A stretch of DNA of 62,636 nt, filler included. It is 3 parts of 3 records of this genome, joined end to end, with 100 filler letters (N's around TTAATTAATTAA, not from the genome) between each part and the next. Parts side by side here need not be neighbours in the genome. Positions count along the whole stretch, not along the records: positions 1 to 29,769 come from SRR2962707_512; 2 more parts are not named here. One strand, 5' to 3'. Both the position numbers and the translations under genes were made by a program. The notes below the pieces were generated by a model. That model made no database searches. It worked only from the letters and a program-made list of their open reading frames with translations, and was not told the origin of the DNA. Below, piece by piece: positions 9,034-18,760 of this stretch (within the stretch, counting starts at the first letter, position 1; each line of letters opens with the position of its first letter).

Positions 9034-9981
9034 ATGAGTAAGGTGGAAATCCTACAAGTCGGCCCATATCCTGAGTGGGATCAAGTGAACCTCGATGCAC
9101 AATTTACCATGCATCATTACTATAAAGCAGATGATGACGCCGCGCTAATTAAAGAACATGCCGCCAATATTCGCGGTATCGCGACACGCGGCGAATTGGG
9201 CGCAAACCGCGCCATGATCGAGGCGTTGCCCAATCTTGAGATCATTTCGGTCTATGGCGTCGGCTATGATGCGGTTGATCTGCAAGCGGCCAAAGAACGC
9301 GGCATTCGCGTTACCAATACGCCTGATGTTCTAACCAATGATGTGGCCGATTTGGGCGTCGCGATGATGCTTGTTCAATCACGCGGCATGATCGGCGCTG
9401 AAAGCTGGGTACGTTCTGGCGATTGGGCTGCAAAGGGCCTTTATCCGCTAAAAAGCCGTGTGCATGGGCGCAAAGCCGGTGTGCTTGGCCTTGGCCGGAT
9501 TGGTTTTGAAGTCGCCAAACGTTTGGCAGGTTTTGACATGGATATCGCCTATAGCGATGTCGCCGCCAAAGATTATGCGCCCGATTGGAAGTTTATGGCC
9601 GATCCTGTTGAGCTGGCAAAACATGCAGACTTTTTGTTTGTCACGCTGGCCGCATCAGCTGCAACGCGCCATATTGTGGGCAAAGAAGTGATCGAGGCTC
9701 TGGGCCCAGATGGCATGGTGATCAACATTTCACGCGCATCAAATATTGATGAAGAAGCGCTGCTTAATGCGCTAGAAGCTAAAACGCTTGGCTCTGCAGC
9801 ACTCGATGTTTTTGAAGGTGAACCGGCGCTCAACCCGCGTTTCTTCACACTTGATAATGTGTTGTTGCAACCGCACCATGCATCAGGAACTGTGGAAACA
9901 CGCAAAGCAATGGGCAAACTCGTTTTTGATAATTTGAAAGCCCACTTTGATGGCAAAGAACTGCTAACAGCAGTTCTATAG
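9034..9981 (+). CDS. D-isomer-specific 2-hydroxyacid dehydrogenase (2-ketoaldonate/hydroxypyruvate reductase-like)
   Basis: GVGYD, VTNTPDVL, GLGRIG, INISR, LDVFEGEP and QPHHAS; start reassigned to MSKVEIL. Confidence 0.88.
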   Translation: MSKVEILQVGPYPEWDQVNLDAQFTMHHYYKADDDAALIKEHAANIRGIATRGELGANRAMIEALPNLEIISVYGVGYDAVDLQAAKERGIRVTNTPDVLTNDVADLGVAMMLVQSRGMIGAESWVRSGDWAAKGLYPLKSRVHGRKAGVLGLGRIGFEVAKRLAGFDMDIAYSDVAAKDYAPDWKFMADPVELAKHADFLFVTLAASAATRHIVGKEVIEALGPDGMVINISRASNIDEEALLNALEAKTLGSAALDVFEGEPALNPRFFTLDNVLLQPHHASGTVETRKAMGKLVFDNLKAHFDGKELLTAVL

Positions 9982-9989
9982 GAGATATT

Positions 9990-11024
9990 ATGCGTTCGAT
10001 TATCGTTCATGGCGCGAAAGATTTGCGGATTGAAGAAACCGCAATTGAAACGCCCGGCAAAGGCCAAGTGCAAATCAAAATGGCGGTTGGCGGCATTTGC
10101 GGCTCTGACTTACATTACTATAACCACGGCGGCATTGGCGAAACCATTCGCCTTAAAGAGCCAATGATCCTTGGCCATGAAGTGTCTGGTCATATCTCTG
10201 CTTTGGGCGAAGGTGTGACTGGTTTGAAGGTCGGCGATCTTGTCGCTGTGTCTCCATCACGCCCTGATTATACTTGCCAATATTGCCAAAAAGGCTTGCA
10301 CAATCATTGCGAAAATATGCGCTTTTATGGCTCGGCCATGCCGTTCCCACATATTCAAGGTGCGTTCCGCGAAGTGCTGGTTGCCGATGCTTTGCAATGT
10401 GTGAAAGCAGATGGTTTGACCGCGGGTGAAGCGGCGATGGCCGAACCTTTGTCTGTCTGCCTACACGCTGCACGCCGCGCTGGTGAGCTGCTAGGCAAGC
10501 GCGTCTTGGTCACAGGCTCAGGCCCGATTGGCACATTGTGTGTACTTGCGGCCCGCGCCGCCGGCGCTGCAGAAATCGTCGTGACGGATCTAACCGATGA
10601 AGCCTTGGCTTTCGCCAAAACCGTTGGCGCTAACCGCACGATCAATTCGATGAGCGAGCCAGAAGCATTAAAGGAATATGCCCAAGGCAAAGGCTATTTT
10701 GATGTGCTGTTTGAATGCTCTGGCGCAGCGCCTGCGCTTGTGGGCGCGATACCCACTTTGCGGCCACGCTCTGTAATCATGCAGCTTGGGCTTGGCGGAG
10801 ACATGAAGTTGCCGGTTCAGGCGATGACCGCAAAGGAACTCGATTTGCGCGGTTCATTCCGTTTTCATGAAGAGTTTGCCATTGCGATCAAACTGATGCA
10901 GCAGGGCCAAATTGATGTGAAACCACTCATCTCGCACACCCTTCCGCTTGATCGCGCAGTCGAAGCCTTTGAACTGGCTTCGGATAGAACCCGCGCCATG
11001 AAGGCGCAGATTAGTTTTAGCTAA
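9990..11024 (+). CDS. idnD: L-idonate 5-dehydrogenase (Zn-dependent MDR)
   Basis: GGICGSDLHYY, LGHEVSG, MRFYGSAMPFPHIQGAF, EPLSV and GSFRF; clustered with idnO and gntK. Confidence 0.88.
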   Translation: MRSIIVHGAKDLRIEETAIETPGKGQVQIKMAVGGICGSDLHYYNHGGIGETIRLKEPMILGHEVSGHISALGEGVTGLKVGDLVAVSPSRPDYTCQYCQKGLHNHCENMRFYGSAMPFPHIQGAFREVLVADALQCVKADGLTAGEAAMAEPLSVCLHAARRAGELLGKRVLVTGSGPIGTLCVLAARAAGAAEIVVTDLTDEALAFAKTVGANRTINSMSEPEALKEYAQGKGYFDVLFECSGAAPALVGAIPTLRPRSVIMQLGLGGDMKLPVQAMTAKELDLRGSFRFHEEFAIAIKLMQQGQIDVKPLISHTLPLDRAVEAFELASDRTRAMKAQISFS

Positions 11025-11034
11025 GAAAAGCTTC

Positions 11035-11457
11035 TTAGAAGTCCGTTTGGGCACCAATGGCGGCAAGCGCGGCTTTGCCGCATTCAATGTCTTGCTCGCC
11101 GGAGCCTGAACCGACACCGATACCGCCGATCACTTGGCCTTCAACTTTGATCGGCAATCCGCCGCCAAGTCCGGTCACACTGCCGCCCGTTGCCATGCCG
11201 ATGGCTGGGCGGAAATCTTCTGGAATTGCATTGCTGCATCCGCGAATAGAAGCGGCTGTCTGTGCTTTGGCAAATGCGCTCTTGCGGCTTAGAAATTTCG
11301 CGCCAGTCATCCGCACTTCGCCCAGCAGTTCGCCGCTTGCATCAACAATGACGATACACTGCGGCTGGCCGATCTCTTCTGCCTTTTTGATAGCGGCGGC
11401 AAGCATAGTCATCACGGCAGAATGTGTTAGAATTTTTGTGTCTTGAAAAAATGTCAT
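11035..11457 (-). CDS. GlcG/HbpS-family heme-binding protein
   Basis: IVIVDASG, KAQTA and GGLPI...IGGIGVGSG..EQD motifs. Confidence 0.8.
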   Translation of the reverse strand: MTFFQDTKILTHSAVMTMLAAAIKKAEEIGQPQCIVIVDASGELLGEVRMTGAKFLSRKSAFAKAQTAASIRGCSNAIPEDFRPAIGMATGGSVTGLGGGLPIKVEGQVIGGIGVGSGSGEQDIECGKAALAAIGAQTDF

Positions 11458-11487
11458 GATGGCTTGTCCTGTGGAATGAGTATTTGT

Positions 11488-11503
11488 ATGTTATCGGTAA
11501 CAT
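11488..11503. promoter_or_regulatory. GntR(LacI)-type operator ATGTTATCGGTAACAT
   Basis: Near-palindrome between the divergent glcG-like and lactonase genes; one base different from the 8990 site. Confidence 0.78.
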
Positions 11504-11569
11504 ATCGTATGAATTTCGACCATATAGGAATAGGGCGAACTTGGAAATTTACGGAATTGGAAATGCACT

Positions 11570-12469
11570 ATGTCTTTTTTTGAAATAATAGATCCCAGCT
11601 TCGCCCCCTTTGTATTGGGCAATGCGCCGGTAAAGCAACTGGCAACGGGATTTGATTGGGTTGAAGGACCGGTTTGGTTCGGCGATGCCAATTGCCTGTT
11701 GTTTTCTGATATTCCGAATAATCGGATTATGCGCTGGTCGCCCGACACAGGCATTTCTATTTACCGTGAGCCATCAAACTATTCCAATGGTCACACGCGC
11801 GACCGACAGGGACGCTTGGTTTCTTGCGAACATGGTACACGGCGGGTTACGCGCACAGAGCTAGACGGCTCGATAACCATCATTGCAGATCAATTTGAAG
11901 GCAAAAGCCTTAATTCGCCTAACGATGTGATTGTTAAATCAGACGGCACAATTTGGTTCTCCGACCCCCATTATGGCATCGCGTCCAACTATGAGGGATT
12001 TAAATCAGAGCAGGAATTGCCGTGTCAGGTTTACCGCGTTGATCCGTCTACGGGTAAAATTGATGCAATGGTCACCGATATGAACTGCCCCAATGGCTTG
12101 GCGTTTTCGCCCGATGAAACCAAACTCTATGTTGCAGATACGGGGCGCATGGGCAGCGACGATCAAAAACACATGAAAGTCTATGATATTGGCGCTGATG
12201 GCGCGCCAACCAATGGAAAAATTTTCCATGTTATTAATCCGGGCGCATCAGACGGTTTTCGCGTTGATACACTCGGGAATATATGGTCTTCGGCCGCTGA
12301 TGGAGTGCATTGCATCAATCCGGCAGGTCAATTGATAGGCAAAATATTAGTGCCTGAACTGGTTTCTAATGTGTGTTTTGGTGGACGTTCTAAACATCAG
12401 CTCTATATAACAGGGACAACAAGTATTTATAGGATTTCACTAAACGCCGCTGGCGTACAATACCCATGA
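11570..12469 (+). CDS. SMP-30/gluconolactonase family lactonase
   Basis: WVEGPVW, FSDIP, LNSPND, PNGLAFSPD and DGFRVD beta-propeller motifs. Confidence 0.9.
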   Translation: MSFFEIIDPSFAPFVLGNAPVKQLATGFDWVEGPVWFGDANCLLFSDIPNNRIMRWSPDTGISIYREPSNYSNGHTRDRQGRLVSCEHGTRRVTRTELDGSITIIADQFEGKSLNSPNDVIVKSDGTIWFSDPHYGIASNYEGFKSEQELPCQVYRVDPSTGKIDAMVTDMNCPNGLAFSPDETKLYVADTGRMGSDDQKHMKVYDIGADGAPTNGKIFHVINPGASDGFRVDTLGNIWSSAADGVHCINPAGQLIGKILVPELVSNVCFGGRSKHQLYITGTTSIYRISLNAAGVQYP

Positions 12470-13905
12470 AAGAGATGATCGTGACAAAACCTTCTGTTGG
12501 ACTAATCGGCCTTGGCACTATGGGCAGCAATTTGGCTCTAAACATTGCAGAGCACGGCTTCCCAATTTCTGTCTTTAACCGCACCGTAAAAACCACGCAT
12601 GAATTTGTGGCTGGCGCGGGTAAGTTGGCCGAAATGCTGGTGCCATCCGATACGCTTGAAGAATTTGTTGCGTCGATGGAAAGCCCGCGCAGCATCATTT
12701 TGATGGTGCCTGCAGGCGATGTGGTAGACGCACAAATTGCGGCGCTTCGTCCATTGCTCGATAAAGCAGACACAATCATTGATGCGGGCAATGCCAATTT
12801 TGAAGATTCCAATCGCCGCGCAAACGAAGCTAAAGAGGGTGGTTATCTGTTCCTCGGCGTTGGTGTTTCTGGCGGCGAAGATGGTGCGCGTTTCGGCCCC
12901 TCCATCATGGGCGGCGGTCCGCGCCAAGCGTGGGATAATGTTGCGCCGATCATGGAAGCCATTTCTGCGAAATATGAAGGCCAACCATGCGCCACTTGGA
13001 TGGGCGAGGGCGGCGCAGGCCACTTTGTTAAAATGGTTCATAACGGTATTGAATATGCAGATATGCAGATGATCGCAGAAGTCTACGGCATTTTGCGCGA
13101 TGGCATGGGTAAATCAGCGCCAGAGATTTCTGAAATCTTCGCAAAATGGAACGAAGGCCCATTGCAATCTTATCTAATCGAGATTTCTGCGGAAGTTTCC
13201 AAAGTGATTGACGAGAAAGCGGGCGTGCCGCTGCTTGATGTGATTTTGGATAAGGCGGGTCAAAAAGGCACGGGTCGCTGGACGGCGATTGAAGCGCAGC
13301 ATTTGGCAACGCCGGTAACGGCAATTGAAGCAGCTGTCGCAGGTCGTAATCTTTCTTCACGCCTTGATGAGCGCAAAGAGGGCGAAGTAATTTTCGGTGC
13401 TGCACCGCAAAAGCTGGTCGACGGTACAATCACAATTGACGATCTAGAAGCTGCATTGCTCGCTGGTAAAATCGCTTGTTATGCGCAAGGATTTGGCATG
13501 TTGGCTAAAGCGTCTTCAACCTATGAATGGGGCTTGCCTATGCCCGATGTGGCGCAGGTTTGGCGTGAAGGCTGTATCATCCGATCATCTATGCTCAACG
13601 ATATGGCAAGCGCCTTAGAAGCGCACCCAGGCCAGAACCTGATGTTTGCGCCGTTCTTTGCTAATCTGTTGAAAAAATCTCAGGGTGGTCTGCGCACAGT
13701 CGTTGGCCAAGGTGCATTGCATGGTCTGCCTGTGCCAGCTTTGGGTGCGGGTCTGTCTTATTTCGATATGATGCGCACAAGCCGTTCAACAGCTAATATG
13801 ATCCAAGCGCAGCGCGATTTCTTTGGTGCGCATACTTTTGAGCGCCTTGATGCAGAAGGTGCGTTCAACGGCCCGTGGAACGGCACAGCAACGCACAAGA
13901 AATAA
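12466..13905 (+). CDS. gnd: NADP-dependent 6-phosphogluconate dehydrogenase
   Basis: GLGTMG, GVSGGEDGA, VKMVHNGIEY, QKGTG, GCIIRS and QAQRDFFGAH. Confidence 0.95.
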   Translation: MKEMIVTKPSVGLIGLGTMGSNLALNIAEHGFPISVFNRTVKTTHEFVAGAGKLAEMLVPSDTLEEFVASMESPRSIILMVPAGDVVDAQIAALRPLLDKADTIIDAGNANFEDSNRRANEAKEGGYLFLGVGVSGGEDGARFGPSIMGGGPRQAWDNVAPIMEAISAKYEGQPCATWMGEGGAGHFVKMVHNGIEYADMQMIAEVYGILRDGMGKSAPEISEIFAKWNEGPLQSYLIEISAEVSKVIDEKAGVPLLDVILDKAGQKGTGRWTAIEAQHLATPVTAIEAAVAGRNLSSRLDERKEGEVIFGAAPQKLVDGTITIDDLEAALLAGKIACYAQGFGMLAKASSTYEWGLPMPDVAQVWREGCIIRSSMLNDMASALEAHPGQNLMFAPFFANLLKKSQGGLRTVVGQGALHGLPVPALGAGLSYFDMMRTSRSTANMIQAQRDFFGAHTFERLDAEGAFNGPWNGTATHKK

Positions 13906-14925
13906 TTAAATCGTATTGCCCGGTGCAAGCCGTGTGGGCGTGATGGTTACATCGCCCACCGCTTCACCGCGAAGGCGCGCAATGAGCGCGTCAGCGGCTG
14001 TCTTGCCCAATGCTTGCGTGCTGACGATTGTGGTCGTCAGGCGCTGCGGCAACACCGACGCAGCCTCCATGCCGCCCCAGCCAGCAATGCCCATATCATC
14101 GGGCACTTTCATGCCCTGTGATTGGCAATAGAAGATACCGCCAATGGCCATTGCATCATCCTGATAGTAGATAGCATCCAGATTTGGTGCGCGGTTAAGC
14201 AGGGTTTCAGTGCCATAAAAACCAGCGTAATACCCTGGTCTGTCATTGAGAATTTCGATTGCTTCAGCTTCAAGCGATGCTGATTTTAGACCGGCAAAAA
14301 AACCTTTTCGGCGAAGCGCGCCCGTGCTTTGTGCTTGCGCATCGGCGCCCACATAGCCAATCCGTTTATAGCCTTTGCTGGCGATAAAAAGTGCCATTTC
14401 ATGACCGCAGTCAAAATGATTAAACCCAATCGACATATCAATTGGGCTTGTGTTTAAATTCCAAATTTCAGCAACCGGAATACCATAGGCTTTGATCAAG
14501 TCGCGTGTCGTTTGCGTGTGCATAGGACCGCTTAATATCAAGCCAGCGGGTTGCCACGACAAAATGTTTTTAATCCACTTTTCTTCGGTCTGCGCTGAGT
14601 TTTCATGCGCGCCGATCATGGTTTGATAGCCCAATTTCGCCAAAGCTGAATTGATACTATCAAGCACCGGACCAAACAAACCGCTTGAAAGATAAGGCAC
14701 ATTCACGCCGATAATTGTGGATGTTTGATCAGAGCCAAAGGCGGCAGCGATCCGATTCGGCACATAGCCAAGGCGCTCAACTTGCTCGAGCACTTTCCGC
14801 CGCGTTGCTTCAGAAAACCCTGAAGCATCGCGTAAAACCCGCGATGCGGTCATTTTAGAAACGCCAGCGGCCTCAGCAACTTCTGCAAGGCTCACCTTTT
14901 GCGGTTTGTCGTTTTCAGTGTTCAT
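13906..14925 (-). CDS. LacI-family repressor, GntR(LacI)-like (second paralog)
   Basis: HTH VSLAEVAEAAGVSKMTASRVLR and LGYVPN; divergent from the ABC operon. Confidence 0.9.
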   Translation of the reverse strand: MNTENDKPQKVSLAEVAEAAGVSKMTASRVLRDASGFSEATRRKVLEQVERLGYVPNRIAAAFGSDQTSTIIGVNVPYLSSGLFGPVLDSINSALAKLGYQTMIGAHENSAQTEEKWIKNILSWQPAGLILSGPMHTQTTRDLIKAYGIPVAEIWNLNTSPIDMSIGFNHFDCGHEMALFIASKGYKRIGYVGADAQAQSTGALRRKGFFAGLKSASLEAEAIEILNDRPGYYAGFYGTETLLNRAPNLDAIYYQDDAMAIGGIFYCQSQGMKVPDDMGIAGWGGMEAASVLPQRLTTTIVSTQALGKTAADALIARLRGEAVGDVTITPTRLAPGNTI

Positions 14926-14946
14926 TGAAACATTCTAAAATTAGTT

Positions 14947-14962
14947 ACGTTACCGGTAACAT
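14947..14962. promoter_or_regulatory. LacI-type operator ACGTTACCGGTAACAT
   Basis: Core palindrome GTTACCGGTAAC just upstream of the putative -35. Confidence 0.75.
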
Positions 14963-14968
14963 TTGTCC

Positions 14969-14997
14969 TTGACTCTTTTGGAAAAAGCAACCTAATT
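14969..14997 (+). promoter_or_regulatory. Putative sigma70 promoter of the sugar ABC operon
   Basis: TTGACT-17 bp-CTAATT, flanked on both sides by operators. Confidence 0.55.
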
Positions 14998-15004
14998 GTG
15001 ATAT

Positions 15005-15020
15005 AGGTTACCGGTAACGT
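15005..15020. promoter_or_regulatory. LacI-type operator AGGTTACCGGTAACGT
   Basis: Second copy of the core GTTACCGGTAAC, just downstream of the putative -10. Confidence 0.75.
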
Positions 15021-15060
15021 TGTAAATCGTGTGTGTAACCGAGCTTTGGGAGGAGCGAAT

Positions 15061-16593
15061 ATGTCGTCTGCGCCGTCAGGTTTGTTTTTTGATAACATCG
15101 TCAAATCCTTCGGCGGCACTCAGGCGCTGCGCGGCGTATCCATGCATGTTAACCGAGGCGAAATCGTTGCGCTTTTGGGCGAAAACGGCGCTGGAAAATC
15201 CACACTCATTAAAGTACTCGGCGGTATTCATACGCCAGATGCCGGTGCAGTCATCATTGATGGTACGCGCTATACGCATAAGCCGGGAAGCGTAAATGAA
15301 AGCCAAAAAGTTGCGTTCATTCACCAAGATTTGGGCCTGATCGAATGGATGAGCGTTGCCGAAAATATGGCGCTCGCTCAAGGCTTCACCCGCCGCTTTG
15401 GCATGATCGACTGGAACGCAGCCAATGACCGCGCTGTTGAGGCGCTGGCAAAAGTTCGCTGTACCTTTGACCCGACAACACGCATTTCTGATCTAAGCCG
15501 GACAGAAAAATCACTTGTGGCGATTGCCCGTGCATTGGCCGTTGAATGCGATTTTCTTGTGCTTGATGAGCCAACGGCTTCTTTGCCTGCTGACGAAGTA
15601 GAGCGCCTGTTTGATGCACTTCACCCGCTGCGCGAAAAAGGCGTCGGTATGATTTATGTCTCTCACCGGTTGGACGAAATTTTCAAAATCGCTGACCGCG
15701 TGGCCGTGCTGCGCGATGGTATGATGGTCGGCATGCGCGATATTGAGCATACGACTCCAGAAGAATTGGTGAGCCTTATTGTTGGGCGTAAAACACGCGA
15801 TATCGCTCGCCCTCTGGTGAGCGAGGGCAAAGTCATGTTGTCGATCAAAAATCTTTATACAGGCGATGTTGGTCCTGTTGATATGACCATTCATCAAGGT
15901 GAAGTGGTTGGTCTTGTTGGTCTTCGCGGCGCAGGGCACGAAGAAATTGGGCGCTGTCTATTTGGCGTTGAGCCGCATGTTGGCGAAATCTTATTGGCTG
16001 GCGAAAAGCCTAACCTTTCATCACCACGCACAGCCATGAAATCTGGCATCGGCATGGTCGCGCGAGACCGCGTGGTTGAATCCATTACACCGTCGCTCAC
16101 CATCCGTGAGAACGCCTATATGAACCCAGAAGCGATAGGTCGCTCGGCGCTGTCCTTTATGACCGGCGCAAACGAAGACACCGCCGCCGCTAAAATGGGC
16201 GCGGAACTTGGCCTGTCTCCCAATGATCCGACTTTGGCCATTGAGGCGCTTTCAGGTGGCAATCAGCAGAAGGTTGTCGTTGGTCGATGGCTTGCGACAA
16301 ACCGCAAACTCTTGATCGCAGAAGATCCAACCGCTGGCGTTGATGTCGGCGCTAAGGCAGAAATCTACGCGCTGCTTTTTGAAGCTTTATCACGCGGCAT
16401 GGGCGTTCTCGTCGTATCAACCGATTTTGAGGAAGTCGCCAATATTTGCCACCGCGCCATTGTGTTTAGCCGCGGCAAAGTCGTCGGCGAATTGGAAGGC
16501 GTGGGCCTATCCACAGAAACACTTATTCAAGCCGCATCAGCTGGCGAAATAACAATGAATACACGGAAAGAAGACGCACATGCAGTCAATTGA
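15061..16593 (+). CDS. Sugar ABC transporter ATP-binding protein (CUT2/RbsA type)
   Basis: GENGAGKST, LDEPT, VSHRL and LSGGNQQKV; two ABC domains; GGAGGAG RBS before ATG 15061. Confidence 0.92.
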   Translation: MSSAPSGLFFDNIVKSFGGTQALRGVSMHVNRGEIVALLGENGAGKSTLIKVLGGIHTPDAGAVIIDGTRYTHKPGSVNESQKVAFIHQDLGLIEWMSVAENMALAQGFTRRFGMIDWNAANDRAVEALAKVRCTFDPTTRISDLSRTEKSLVAIARALAVECDFLVLDEPTASLPADEVERLFDALHPLREKGVGMIYVSHRLDEIFKIADRVAVLRDGMMVGMRDIEHTTPEELVSLIVGRKTRDIARPLVSEGKVMLSIKNLYTGDVGPVDMTIHQGEVVGLVGLRGAGHEEIGRCLFGVEPHVGEILLAGEKPNLSSPRTAMKSGIGMVARDRVVESITPSLTIRENAYMNPEAIGRSALSFMTGANEDTAAAKMGAELGLSPNDPTLAIEALSGGNQQKVVVGRWLATNRKLLIAEDPTAGVDVGAKAEIYALLFEALSRGMGVLVVSTDFEEVANICHRAIVFSRGKVVGELEGVGLSTETLIQAASAGEITMNTRKEDAHAVN

Positions 16594-17602
16594 ATCAAAT
16601 GCGTTAGAGCCAACAAAAGCTGAGTTAAAAGGCTTGTCGCGCGCGCAAAAACTCATTCGCCTCGCGCCTACTTATGGCTTGGTTATTTTGACCGTATTCC
16701 TTTTGATCCTGTTCTCAATTTTGCTGCCGGATACCTTTCCGACGATGCTCAATCTTCGCGCGATTATTTCTGACAAAGCAATCATCGCTATTTTGAGCTT
16801 GGCTGCAATGATCCCGATGGCCGCGGGTCGCATCGATTTGACCGTTGGTTATGGCATCGTGCTTTGGCATATTTTGGCGATATCCCTTCAAACACTCTAC
16901 GGTATTCCTTGGCCTGTAGCGGTGATGATCGTTCTCGTGTTAGGCGCGATTGTCGGCTTTTTGAACGGCCTATTGGTGGAAATCGCCAAGATCGATTCAT
17001 TCATCGCAACACTCGGCACGGGCACTGTTCTTTATGCTTTGGCTTTGGCTCATACCGGTGGCCGCCAAATGGTTGGCGCATTGCCGCAGGGCTTTTACAA
17101 CATCAACGGCACCTTTGTTTTCGGTCTGCCAATCACTGGATTTTACGTTCTTGCCATTATGATCGTGCTTTGGGTCGTGCTCGAATATACGCCCATTGGC
17201 CGTTATCTATATTCAATTGGCGCCAATCAACGCGCCGCAGAATTGAACGGTATTCCAACGCGCAAATATGTCATCGGTGCATTCGTAACATCCGGGCTTA
17301 TGACTGCTTTAGCGGGCGTGCTTTTGGCATCTAAACTGCGCATCGGACAAGCCAGTGTGGGCCTTGAATTTCTATTGCCTGCGCTTGTCGGTGCGTTCCT
17401 TGGATCAACAACAATCAAACCTGGCCGCGTCAATGTGTGGGGCACGATGATCGGCGTCGCAATTCTAGCGATCGGTATTTCAGGTATTCAGCAATTTGGC
17501 GGCTCATTTTGGGTCGAGCCAATGTTCAACGGTGTGACGCTACTCGTAGCGATCGGTATCGCCGGATATGCACAGCGCCGCAAAGGCGCTGCGAAAAAAT
17601 AG
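16580..17602 (+). CDS. Sugar ABC transporter permease (RbsC type)
   Basis: Hydrophobic segments; IDLTVG, FIATLG and GRYLYSIGAN..AAELNGI motifs. Confidence 0.9.
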   Translation: MQSIESNALEPTKAELKGLSRAQKLIRLAPTYGLVILTVFLLILFSILLPDTFPTMLNLRAIISDKAIIAILSLAAMIPMAAGRIDLTVGYGIVLWHILAISLQTLYGIPWPVAVMIVLVLGAIVGFLNGLLVEIAKIDSFIATLGTGTVLYALALAHTGGRQMVGALPQGFYNINGTFVFGLPITGFYVLAIMIVLWVVLEYTPIGRYLYSIGANQRAAELNGIPTRKYVIGAFVTSGLMTALAGVLLASKLRIGQASVGLEFLLPALVGAFLGSTTIKPGRVNVWGTMIGVAILAIGISGIQQFGGSFWVEPMFNGVTLLVAIGIAGYAQRRKGAAKK

Positions 17603-17631
17603 AGACTGCATCAGCAAAACGGGAGGAAACC

Positions 17632-18684
17632 ATGCTGAAACGTACTTTTATAAAAACCCTGCTCGCAGGGTCAGTGATGATGGGTCTAGGCCTATCAGCT
17701 GCGAATGCTCAAGAGGCTTTTGACGGCCCGACAAGCGGACCAAAAGCGGCCGAAGGCAAGACAATTGTTGTGCTTGCTGCAGACCTAAAAAACGGCGGCA
17801 TCCTTGGCGTTACCAATGGTGTTGAAGAAGCGGCGGCCAAAATCGGTTGGAACGTGCGCGTTCTTGACGGTGCAGGTTCCGTGCAAGGCCGTACAGGCGC
17901 TTTCGGTCAGGCCATGGCGCTGAAACCAGATGGCATCGTCATCAACGGTTTTGATGCGCTTGAGCAACAAGCTGCGCTAGAAGCCGTTGCTGCTGCAAAA
18001 ATTCCAATGGTGTCATGGCACTCAGGTCCAAAAATTGGTTGTGATGCACCGGGCGGTATCTTTGCAAACGTGTCGACAGACGCAATGCAAGTTTCTGAAA
18101 CCGCGGCTGAATGGGCAATGGAAGATGGCGGCGATAAAGTTGGCGCTGTTATTTTCACAGATTCTACATACCAAATCGCGATTGATAAAGCTGACCGCAT
18201 TAAAGAAACAATCGAGAAAATGGGCGGTACAGTTCTTGAATATGTAGACACGCCAATCGCTGATACATCAACACGTATGGGTCCGTTGACGACTTCGCTT
18301 CTGCAGAAATATGGTGCCAAGTGGACACATGCTTTGGCGATCAACGACCTGTATTTTGACTTCATGGGCCCAGCTTTAGCTGCCGCCGGTATCGCAGGCG
18401 ATGGTGCACCACTTGCCGGTTCGGCTGGTGATGGTTCTGAAGCTGCATTCCAGCGTATTCGCACAGCACAATATCAGGCAATTACAGTTGCTGAGCCGCT
18501 TAACCTTCAAGGTTGGCAGCTTGTTGATGAGCTAAACCGTGCCGTTTCTGGCGAGGCTTGTTCTGGCTATATCACAGCGCCAGCACTCGTGACGAAAGAA
18601 GGCTTGGAAGCATCAGGCGATAGCAACCAGTTCGATCCACAGAATGGCTATCGCGAAGCTTACTCTGCGATCTGGGGCAAATAG
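17632..18684 (+). CDS. Sugar ABC transporter periplasmic binding protein
   Basis: GGGAGGA RBS then signal peptide MLKRTFIKTLL...ANA; type I periplasmic-binding pattern (KPDGIVING, AIND). Confidence 0.88.
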   Translation: MLKRTFIKTLLAGSVMMGLGLSAANAQEAFDGPTSGPKAAEGKTIVVLAADLKNGGILGVTNGVEEAAAKIGWNVRVLDGAGSVQGRTGAFGQAMALKPDGIVINGFDALEQQAALEAVAAAKIPMVSWHSGPKIGCDAPGGIFANVSTDAMQVSETAAEWAMEDGGDKVGAVIFTDSTYQIAIDKADRIKETIEKMGGTVLEYVDTPIADTSTRMGPLTTSLLQKYGAKWTHALAINDLYFDFMGPALAAAGIAGDGAPLAGSAGDGSEAAFQRIRTAQYQAITVAEPLNLQGWQLVDELNRAVSGEACSGYITAPALVTKEGLEASGDSNQFDPQNGYREAYSAIWGK

Positions 18685-18712
18685 GCAAAACCGCCTATCT
18701 CATTTAAAAAAG

Positions 18713-18736
18713 AAAAAGGGCCGCGAGGCCCTTTTT
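18713..18736. terminator. Bidirectional rho-independent terminator
   Basis: AAAAAGGGCC-GCGA-GGCCCTTTTT between the convergent ABC and TRAP operons. Confidence 0.85.
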
Positions 18737-18760
18737 ATTGCGTATATTTTAATGCCGGTT

